Shown here in pieces: positions 25,970-34,034 of a stretch of 36,940 nt of DNA; the first letter of the stretch is position 1; each line of letters starts with the position of its first letter. The stretch is from Anaeromyxobacter dehalogenans (lineage in GTDB: Bacteria > UBP6 > JAFGXH01). The notes below the pieces were generated by a model. That model worked only from the letters and a program-made list of their open reading frames with translations, did not search any database and was not told the origin of the DNA. The stretch lies in NCBI GenBank assembly GCA_020718465.1, contig DYRY01000002.1, positions 29,360-66,299 of the forward strand, written 5' to 3'. The position numbers and the translations under genes are program-made.

Positions 25970-27010
25970 ATGAATAACTATTATAAAAATTGTACCCTTT
26001 GCCCACGAGAGTGTAGAGTTGATAGAGAAACTAAAAAAGGTTTTTGTGGTGAATCTAATATCATGAAAATTGCTTCAATTGAGGCTCATTTTGGTGAAGA
26101 ACCGCCAATATCAGGTGAAAAAGGCTCCGGAACAGTTTTTTTTAGTGGTTGTACACTAAAATGCTCTTTTTGTCAAAATTATCAAATCTCTTATGGTGGG
26201 GTTGGTGATTATTATAGTGTTGGAGAGGTTGTTAAAAAACTATTAGAGCTTTATAAAAATGGAGTTCATAATGTTAATTTTGTAACACCAGACCAATTTT
26301 TTCCTCATACTTTTAATATTGTAGAGAAACTAAAACAGAAAAATTGTGAAATTCCTATAGTTTATAACATGTCTGGATTCCAAAAGTTAGATATGATTAA
26401 AAATGCAAAAGATTTTGCAGATATATATCTTCCTGATTTTAAATATAGTGATAATATTTTAGGAAAATCACTATCAAAAGTTGATAACTACTCAAATGTT
26501 GCTCTTGATGCAATTTATGAGATGCTTAAACAGAAAAATTTTCTTGATTCATTTCAAGATAATAATTGTTTAAATTCAGATAATATGATTTTTAACAACC
26601 ATCAAAATAAAAATCAACAGAGTAATAGAGAAAATAAATTAGATAAAAAATTAGACTCAAATCTTGATTTTAATTTTAATAAAGATAAAAATTTAGCATC
26701 AAAAGGAGTTTTAGTTCGACATCTTGTTTTACCTGGTTTTATTGAAAACTCTATTGATGCACTCTCAATGCTTTTTATTGAGTTTGGAAAAAAACTTCCA
26801 ATAAGCATTATGTCTCAATATACACCACATAAATATCAAAAAGAGCCATCTTTAAATCGATATTTAACAACTGATGAGTATAAAAAAGTGACTCAACATG
26901 CATTCGAGCTTGGTTTTAAAAATATATTTGTTCAAGATTTAAACGAAAATAGAGATTTTTTACCAGATTTTCAGAAAGATAGTGTTTTTAAGGGAAATAT
27001 TAAAAATTAG
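25970..27010 (+). CDS. Radical SAM enzyme, PflX / pyruvate-formate-lyase-activase-like
   Basis: I prefer the ATG at 25970; the track start at 25880 adds a hydrophobic AT-rich extension. CTLCPRECRVDRETKKGFCG. Radical SAM cluster GCTLKCSFCQNY. Confidence 0.85.
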   Translation: MNNYYKNCTLCPRECRVDRETKKGFCGESNIMKIASIEAHFGEEPPISGEKGSGTVFFSGCTLKCSFCQNYQISYGGVGDYYSVGEVVKKLLELYKNGVHNVNFVTPDQFFPHTFNIVEKLKQKNCEIPIVYNMSGFQKLDMIKNAKDFADIYLPDFKYSDNILGKSLSKVDNYSNVALDAIYEMLKQKNFLDSFQDNNCLNSDNMIFNNHQNKNQQSNRENKLDKKLDSNLDFNFNKDKNLASKGVLVRHLVLPGFIENSIDALSMLFIEFGKKLPISIMSQYTPHKYQKEPSLNRYLTTDEYKKVTQHAFELGFKNIFVQDLNENRDFLPDFQKDSVFKGNIKN

Positions 27011-27019
27011 AGGATTAAA

Positions 27020-28183
27020 ATGGATTTTGATAGACAAATAAAAAAGCATATTCATGCTCAACAACATCAGTTTTTTATGATAACACCTATTGGCTTTGAA
27101 AATGTTGCAAAAGAGGAGCTTTCTACTTTAGAAATTGAATCTGTTGTTGATGTTGGTGGTGTTGAATTTTCTGGAAAACTTGAGGATGTTTATAAAGCTA
27201 TAATTTTTAGTAGAGTTGCAACAAGATTTTTAATGAGAGTTAAAAATTTTAAATCAGACTCACTTGGACTATTTTTTAAACAGATTGCATCAATAAATTG
27301 GGAGTATTATCTTAAAAATAACTCTACAGTTTTTTTTCATGTGACTGCAAGAACATCTAAACTATATCATCAAAGAATGTTAGAGGAGAAATTTAGAGAT
27401 GCTTTAGATGAATATTCTCAAAAAAACTCAATGAATCTAAATTTTGCTTCTCAAGATGATAGCGAAGATTTAAAAAATGGAGTTACAATATATCTTAGAT
27501 TAGAAAATGATAGAGCAACAGTCAGTATAGACTTATCAGGAGCTCCAAACTTTAAAAGAGGATATAGAAAATTTATTTCAGATGCACCTATTCGTGAAAA
27601 TCTTGTCTCTGCTCTACTTTTAAATTTTTGGAAAGATAGAGAGAAACCATTTTTAGATTTAATGTGTGGTTCTGGAACATTTACACTTGAAGCACTCTCT
27701 ATTATTAAAAAAATTCCTGCTGGTGTTGGAAGAGATTTCTCATTAATGAATCTATCTCACTATAAAGAGGCCATGTTTAAACATATTTTAAAAAAAGGGG
27801 AAGAGGAGATTTTAGAACTAACAAATAAAAATTTCTTTCTTTCTGATATTGTTGAAAAACATGTTATTGGTGCAAAAAGAAATCTAGCAACTCTTGGAGA
27901 GAGAGGAGTAAAAACATCTGTTTCAGATTTTTTTGATTTTAAACCTAAATATTCTGAAAAAGGCTTTTTAGTTTTAAATCCACCTTATGGAAAAAGAATA
28001 CAAGAGGAACCTATTTTTTATAAAGAGCTTTATAAAAAACTTAATTTAGATTTTAGTGGTTGGGATTTACTTATTCTTTTACCTGAAGAGGAGAGAATTA
28101 ATATTAATTTTAAAACTAAAAATAGAGTCACTTTTGAAAATGGTGGAATCCCAATTCAAGCTATCTCTGGAGTTATAATCTAA
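27020..28183 (+). CDS. THUMP-domain RNA methyltransferase (RlmL/COG0116-like)
   Basis: N-terminal THUMP-like region. SAM motif I LDLMCGSGTF. Catalytic LNPPYG. Confidence 0.85.
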   Translation: MDFDRQIKKHIHAQQHQFFMITPIGFENVAKEELSTLEIESVVDVGGVEFSGKLEDVYKAIIFSRVATRFLMRVKNFKSDSLGLFFKQIASINWEYYLKNNSTVFFHVTARTSKLYHQRMLEEKFRDALDEYSQKNSMNLNFASQDDSEDLKNGVTIYLRLENDRATVSIDLSGAPNFKRGYRKFISDAPIRENLVSALLLNFWKDREKPFLDLMCGSGTFTLEALSIIKKIPAGVGRDFSLMNLSHYKEAMFKHILKKGEEEILELTNKNFFLSDIVEKHVIGAKRNLATLGERGVKTSVSDFFDFKPKYSEKGFLVLNPPYGKRIQEEPIFYKELYKKLNLDFSGWDLLILLPEEERININFKTKNRVTFENGGIPIQAISGVII

Positions 28184-28281
28184 GAGAAATCTTTTATAAA
28201 AAAATTTTTAAGTCATAAAATAGAATGTTTGTAACTATTCAGCTGAAACTTTTTAAATTTAAAAAATGACATTGCTCCTCC

Positions 28282-28332
28282 AACCCATCTCCACGATGTG
28301 GCGATGGGTTAGTGGATAGGGTTATTTTTTTT
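28282..28332 (+). terminator. GC-rich hairpin(s) plus T8: probable intrinsic terminator or small structured RNA
   Basis: AACCCATC-T-CCAC-GAT-GTGG-C-GATGGGTT (28282-28310), then GTGGATAGGGTTA and T8 (28325-32). It is the only GC-rich patch in this intergenic region. Confidence 0.5.
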
Positions 28333-28426
28333 CTTGATTTTTTTGCAATATGTGATATGATATTTTAGTACAAATTAAGTCTAATTGTATATAAACTTTT
28401 ATTTAACTTTTTTTTTGAGGTGAGAT

Positions 28427-29065
28427 ATGATAGATAATATTAATACTAGAGTTGCAAACTTTAAAAAGATTCTAACAGAGAAAAAAGATTTTCCATACTA
28501 TGTTTTAGAGCAGTTTAATATTGTTGAGGATGCAGAGAAAAAATATTATGAAGCATCATCACCAGTTTCTAAAAATACAACAGAGATTAAAGCTTTAAAA
28601 GATGAAAAAGATAGTGCAGTTAAAAAATCTATTGAAGTTTTATCAATTCTTTATAATATTTTTAAAATAATTAAAGATAAAAAAAGAGTAAATCTTTTTT
28701 TTGGTACTGATAAACCATATAATATTAAATCAAATATCAACAGAATGAGAGATATAATTGATATAATATTATCAACAAATGAGCTAAAACAGGATGAGAA
28801 CATTGATAAATATAAAAATCAATTAGTTGAAGCTAAAAATGCATTAAATGAGATTATATCTCATGGTGATTTAGTTGGTAATAAAAAACTTTTAAAATTA
28901 TCAAAAGAGAAAGCAAAAGAAAATTTTGAAAATGAGTATTTAAGACTTAAACATCTTGTTATTGCATCTTTAATAGGAACAAATCAAGATTATAAAATAT
29001 TTTTTCCTGCAATAATATTAAAAAGAAAATCAAAACAAGAAAATCCACAAACAAAAACTGAATAA
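28427..29065 (+). CDS. Hypothetical cytoplasmic helical protein
   Basis: GAGGTGA RBS. 212-aa ORF with no signal peptide and no recognisable motif. Confidence 0.5.
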   Translation: MIDNINTRVANFKKILTEKKDFPYYVLEQFNIVEDAEKKYYEASSPVSKNTTEIKALKDEKDSAVKKSIEVLSILYNIFKIIKDKKRVNLFFGTDKPYNIKSNINRMRDIIDIILSTNELKQDENIDKYKNQLVEAKNALNEIISHGDLVGNKKLLKLSKEKAKENFENEYLRLKHLVIASLIGTNQDYKIFFPAIILKRKSKQENPQTKTE

Positions 29066-29069
29066 TATT

Positions 29070-29235
29070 TTTTTTTAGAGTATATTAACAAGTAAAATCT
29101 GTTTTTCAGCTAAAAATATTTAATAAAAACTTTACAAATTATAGTAAATAAATTTTTTTAGAGTATATTAACAAGCAAAATCTGTTTTTCAGCTAAAAAT
29201 ATTTAATAAAAACTTTACAAATTATAGTAAATAAA
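29070..29235. repeat. Two tandem copies of an 83-bp unit (one mismatch)
   Basis: 29070-29152 and 29153-29235 are identical except T29093 versus C29176. The repeat lies between convergent genes. Confidence 0.9.
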
Positions 29236-29265
29236 TTTTTAAAATAGTTTATATTTAAAATTATA

Positions 29266-30354
29266 TTAATGTATATTGAATTTAATTAAAATTGGTGCGT
29301 GGTCTGATAGTTCTATTGTATCTTGAAATGTTTTTGAGTCTAATATATCTCCATTTGTAAAAATATAATCAAGTTTTCTATTCCAAAAACCATTTTTATT
29401 TGCCGTATGAGTAAAATATGTTTTCTGATTACTATTTTGATACTCTTCAAGATTAATATCACCTTTAAAATCTTTATAAAATGGATTCAACAGATTTAAA
29501 TCAATATCTTTTTTATAACTATTTGTTTTCATACAAAAAGAGTCTTCAAAATTTTCAATCTGTTTTGAATATGGAGGAATTGTATTTAAATCACCTCCAG
29601 CAATAAAAATTTCTCCTCTCTCATTAATTTTATCAAGATGTTTTTTTAATATTAATATCTGTTTCTGCTTTGTATCATCTGTTGCAAATGCTGATGTGTG
29701 TGTATTAATAAGATATATTTTTTTGCTATTAAAATCTAACTCTACTTCTAAAATATTTCTTTTAAGATAGAAATATTTTGTTAAAAAACTATGATTTTTT
29801 ATAAGTGGGAGTGAATACCTCTTTCCATTTTTTAGTGGATATCTTGATAATATAAGATTACCAGAGTCAATCTTTCCTAATCCATGTGATGGAATATATG
29901 AAGACCTCCATTGAGAGGCATAATAGCCATAATTTAAATCTGTTTTATCTAAAATTGTTTGAATTTGATCAATAAAAGCGGAACGCTTTGAAAATCGATC
30001 AACCTCTTGTAAAAATACTATATCAGGATTAATATCATTTATCTTTTTTGAGATATTTTCTATATTTGTAGAGACTTCATCAAAATTCATAATGGCTCTA
30101 TCACCGTAACACTCAAAAAAGAAATCAACTCTGCCTCCACCAAATTTTATATTCCAACTTAAAACTTTTAACTCTTTTAAAGTATCAATTTGATTCTCTG
30201 GTGATTTAATATTTTTTGATTGATAAAGTATTGCCTCTTCAATATCTTTAAATTGAGTTCCAAAAAAATCAAAATAGAGTAGTGAAGACAGAAATAAAAT
30301 AACTACAATAATTAATAGAAAAAAGTATAACATAATCCTCTTTAAAATTTTCAT
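29266..30354 (-). CDS. Membrane-anchored endonuclease/exonuclease/phosphatase (EEP) family protein
   Basis: The track start at 30369 is a TTG; the first ATG is at 30354. TM MLYFFLLIIVVILFLSSLLYF. EEP motifs LSWNIKFGGG, VFLQEV, NTHTSAF, AGGDLN and SDHAPI. Confidence 0.8.
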   Translation of the reverse strand: MKILKRIMLYFFLLIIVVILFLSSLLYFDFFGTQFKDIEEAILYQSKNIKSPENQIDTLKELKVLSWNIKFGGGRVDFFFECYGDRAIMNFDEVSTNIENISKKINDINPDIVFLQEVDRFSKRSAFIDQIQTILDKTDLNYGYYASQWRSSYIPSHGLGKIDSGNLILSRYPLKNGKRYSLPLIKNHSFLTKYFYLKRNILEVELDFNSKKIYLINTHTSAFATDDTKQKQILILKKHLDKINERGEIFIAGGDLNTIPPYSKQIENFEDSFCMKTNSYKKDIDLNLLNPFYKDFKGDINLEEYQNSNQKTYFTHTANKNGFWNRKLDYIFTNGDILDSKTFQDTIELSDHAPILIKFNIH

Positions 30355-30399
30355 AAACACTCTCAACAAAAATAGAACAATTTGTTTTGAATATAATAA

Positions 30400-31410
30400 T
30401 TAAGTTCTATTTATATTTTTTTCTAAAGTCGAAAAAGCCTCTTTTAACTCTTGATCCCTCTCATTACTCATTATAAGTAATCCATCCTCTGATTCAACAA
30501 CAGTTATATTATTAAGACCAATAATAATTATTTTTTTATTTGTTAAAACAAAATTATCATGACTATTTTGCTGTTGAACATGATTTTGATCTATTTTTGA
30601 GTAGAAAATATCAAAATATGCTCGCCATGTTCCAACATCAGACCAATCGAAAGAGGCTTTAATCATTGCAATATTTCTTGCATGTTCTACAATAACCCTT
30701 TCACAATGCTCATTTGGAATTTCATTAAATCTTTTAAGCCATATATCCATTGGTTCAGAGATTGTTCTTTCATAAAGCTCTGGATATATCACTTTTAACT
30801 CTCTAAAAAAAATATTGGCTGTTGTTATTGATATTCCACAGTTCCAAAAATATTTTTTAGACATTAAAAAATATTGTGCAAGTGATAAATCTGGTTTCTC
30901 TTTAAAACCTTTAACACCATAAAGAGATATTGAATTCTCAATGATTCTAGATGTTAATATATATCCATAACCTGTTTCTGGATAGGTTGGTATAATACCA
31001 TAAGTAACCATAATTTTTTTATTAATAACTAAATCAATTCCATTTTTTATATCCTCTTTAAAATTTCTAATATCTTTTATCATGTGGTCTGATGGTAAAA
31101 ATAAAATTGGTTCATCTCCTAATCCTCTATCATAAAGATATTTTGTTGTTAATAAAACTGCACCAAATGTGTTTCTACCAATTGGTTCAATAAGAGGTTT
31201 TATATTTTCAAATTTAGATATAAATGGAATATACTCATCTCTTGTTAAAATTAAAGTCTCTTTATTATCCTCAAGTTGTGCAACCCTTTTTAGTGTTAGT
31301 GAAAATAGAGAGTCATCATCATAAAGTGAAAGAAACTGTTTTGGTTTTTTTGGAGTACTTAATGGCCAAAATCGAGAACCAATTCCTCCTGCTAATATTG
31401 ATGTTATCAT
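30400..31410 (-). CDS. Mannose-1-phosphate guanylyltransferase-like nucleotidyltransferase
   Basis: ILAGGIGSRFWPLS pyrophosphorylase signature, EPIGRNTFGAV, LPSDH, and GYGYI...KGFKEKP. Confidence 0.8.
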   Translation of the reverse strand: MITSILAGGIGSRFWPLSTPKKPKQFLSLYDDDSLFSLTLKRVAQLEDNKETLILTRDEYIPFISKFENIKPLIEPIGRNTFGAVLLTTKYLYDRGLGDEPILFLPSDHMIKDIRNFKEDIKNGIDLVINKKIMVTYGIIPTYPETGYGYILTSRIIENSISLYGVKGFKEKPDLSLAQYFLMSKKYFWNCGISITTANIFFRELKVIYPELYERTISEPMDIWLKRFNEIPNEHCERVIVEHARNIAMIKASFDWSDVGTWRAYFDIFYSKIDQNHVQQQNSHDNFVLTNKKIIIIGLNNITVVESEDGLLIMSNERDQELKEAFSTLEKNINRT

Positions 31411-31646
31411 ATATTTCCTTAAAAATATTTTTTATCTAATAAAAATAGTTATAAATATTATTAAAAAATAATACTTCTTTAATATATAGCTTAGATTTTT
31501 TGATTTATCAAATAGAAAATAAAAAGAAAATAGTTGATTTTAAAAAGAAATAGAGAATCTATTTTTTAATATTATTATATATTTACTTGTTTTTTATGAA
31601 AAATAGTTTAATAATAGTTTTAATTAGTTGTTTTTGGGTTAAATAG

Positions 31647-33299
31647 ATGTCAAAAAGTGGGATTAAAATAGGTTTTTTAGGTGGTGTTGGGCAATTCGGA
31701 ATGAATTTAACATTCTATGAAAATTCAGAGTGTGGTTTTATTATTGATAGTGGTTCTTTATTTGCAACAGAGGGTTGGCCTGGAGTTGAGTATCTTTATC
31801 CAGATTTCTCATATCTTGTTGAGAAAAAAGATAAATTCTCTCTTTTAATTGTAACACATGCTCATGAAGACCATATTGGCTCAATTATTCATTTAATACG
31901 AGTACTTCAACTAAAAATAGTTTCAACAGAGTTTACAATATCACTTATAAAAGAGAAAATAAAAGAGGAAGAGGAGTATATAGATCCAGAGTATATCATT
32001 ATAAGTTCAATAGATAACTATCACTATAACTCTTTTATCTTTGAGTTTATTCCAATAACACACTCAATAATAGACTCTTTAGGTATTATTATTCACTCTG
32101 ATGAGGGGGTAATTTTTCATATATCTGATTTTAGGATGGAGGTGGAGAATAGAGAGTTACTTTTGAAAAAAATCACTCAAATAAAAGATATTTATGGTAA
32201 AATATCACTTTTACTTCTTGATAGTAGTAATTCTGAAAGCAAAAGAGGAGCAACCGAAAAGGATGTGTATTTGAGACTACAAAAAATTATTCCAAATGCA
32301 CCTAAAAGAGTTTTTATAACAATGTTTGCCTCAAATGTTGAGCGATTTAGAAATATTTTAAAAATTGCACAAGAGTGTGATAGAAAAGTTGTTTTACTTG
32401 GAAGATCACTCTTTAGATATTATGGAGTTGCTCAAAAAATAGGATATATCTCTGAAAAAAATCCAATTGTTCCAGTTGAAACATTTTTTGGAAATAGAGA
32501 TGATAACTATATTTTTATTGTAACTGGTAGTCAAGGAGAGCCTTTTAGTGCTTTATCAAATCTTGTTTTTTCAAATTTTCAAAAAATTGAGATTAAAGAG
32601 GGAGATTTGGTTATATTCTCAAGTAGACCAATCCCTGGAAATGAGAAGTCTGTTTATAAAATTATAAATCAGATTGCAAAAAAAGGAAGTGAGTTACTTT
32701 ATTGGAGGCATTTTGATGATCTTCATGCATCTGGACATGCATCAGCAGAGGAGTTAAGTGAGTTTTTAGCAATCATATCTCCAGAGTGTTTTATTCCTAT
32801 TCATGGAGAGTTCAGACATCTTATGGAGAATAGAAATTTAGCAGTAAACTCTGGTGTTAATAGGGAAAATAGTGTAATCCCAGAGGTTGGTTCTCAATTT
32901 ATTCTTAATAAAAATAGATTAGAGCTTGGGGAGATTATTCCAACCAACATAAAAATAATGGATAAAACAGGAATTGATGAAGTTGAACCTATAATAATAA
33001 AAGAGCGAGATTCTATGGAGTTTGGTTGTATTGTTATATCTGTTTTGCTTCTTGAAAATGATGGACGAGTTTTAAAAGATCCTCTTGTTATTAGCCGTGG
33101 CTTTGTATTTGAAGATCATTTTGAAGAGCTTATATTAGCTCTTTCAAAGCTTGTTAGAAAAGAGGTTGAATCAATCTCTTTTTCTGAATCTCTTGATTAT
33201 GCTTATGTTAGTATGATTATAAAAAGAGGAGTTAAAAGATTTTTGAAAAAATTTTTTTTTGTAACGCCATTTATTTTTCCAATTGTTCAATACTTATAG
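31647..33299 (+). CDS. rnj: Ribonuclease J
   Basis: IKIGFLGGVGQFGMN, THAHEDHIGS, a beta-CASP region and HASGHASAEEL...PIHGEFRH. Confidence 0.9.
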   Translation: MSKSGIKIGFLGGVGQFGMNLTFYENSECGFIIDSGSLFATEGWPGVEYLYPDFSYLVEKKDKFSLLIVTHAHEDHIGSIIHLIRVLQLKIVSTEFTISLIKEKIKEEEEYIDPEYIIISSIDNYHYNSFIFEFIPITHSIIDSLGIIIHSDEGVIFHISDFRMEVENRELLLKKITQIKDIYGKISLLLLDSSNSESKRGATEKDVYLRLQKIIPNAPKRVFITMFASNVERFRNILKIAQECDRKVVLLGRSLFRYYGVAQKIGYISEKNPIVPVETFFGNRDDNYIFIVTGSQGEPFSALSNLVFSNFQKIEIKEGDLVIFSSRPIPGNEKSVYKIINQIAKKGSELLYWRHFDDLHASGHASAEELSEFLAIISPECFIPIHGEFRHLMENRNLAVNSGVNRENSVIPEVGSQFILNKNRLELGEIIPTNIKIMDKTGIDEVEPIIIKERDSMEFGCIVISVLLLENDGRVLKDPLVISRGFVFEDHFEELILALSKLVRKEVESISFSESLDYAYVSMIIKRGVKRFLKKFFFVTPFIFPIVQYL

Positions 33300-33308
33300 G
33301 AGGTTTAT

Positions 33309-33890
33309 TTGTTTAAGTATTTTAAAATATATATGTTTTTAGTTTTTTTTATAACTATTTTTTCATTTTTTTCTTGTAATGATGATAGTGTGAAAAAGCA
33401 GAAAAAAAATGATTATCCACCAGCTGGAAAAACTATTAAAGATTCAAAAATAGTAACAATTAATAAACCTCAAAATATTGGAGGAACAAAATACAGTTAT
33501 AATAATTTAAACTTTTATTTAGACTCCTCATTTACCCAAAAAGATGATAAAAACTACTTTGGGGAACATGGTATTAATATTACTATTGATAAAGATGCAA
33601 CATCACTTTCACTAAAAGATTATTCTCTATTTGTTTTTAACACAATTCAAAAAGAGTATCCAAGATTTACTCTTTTTGCAGAAGAAAATATTTTTTTAAA
33701 TAGTATGAACTCATTTAAAACAACATACATTCTTGATAAAGTAAAATATTTAATACAAATAGAGAGTGTTTTACTTAAATCAAGTGGTGAAGTTTACATT
33801 TTTACAATAACTGGTAAAAAACAGGATATTGAGGAGAGTAGAGATAAAATTGATAATATATTCTCAACATTAGAGATAGAGAAAATATAA
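33309..33890 (+). CDS. Hypothetical lipoprotein
   Basis: TTG start 6 nt after a GGAGG; the alternative ATG is at 33333. Lipobox FFSCND. No recognisable domain. Confidence 0.5.
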   Translation: MFKYFKIYMFLVFFITIFSFFSCNDDSVKKQKKNDYPPAGKTIKDSKIVTINKPQNIGGTKYSYNNLNFYLDSSFTQKDDKNYFGEHGINITIDKDATSLSLKDYSLFVFNTIQKEYPRFTLFAEENIFLNSMNSFKTTYILDKVKYLIQIESVLLKSSGEVYIFTITGKKQDIEESRDKIDNIFSTLEIEKI

Positions 33891-34034
33891 TGCTATTTTT
33901 TTTATTCATATCCACTGAATACCTTAAACCTGATTTACAATTCCATTCAATTCATTATTACAAATAATCCCAGATGATTTATATAATACTAATTTAAAAC
34001 AATAAAACAAGATGTTTAATATAAAGATTGAAAC

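Noticed and set aside
28271-28332. tRNA fragment, att site, or fluoride (crcB) riboswitch, suggested by the GGCGATGG string.
   Set aside because: There is no T-loop or acceptor-stem arrangement for a tRNA. The downstream conserved parts of the fluoride motif are absent, and the downstream gene is not a fluoride exporter.
29070-29235. Possible CRISPR array.
   Set aside because: There are only two directly abutting 83-bp units with no unique spacers, the unit is far longer than a CRISPR repeat, and no cas genes are in the window.
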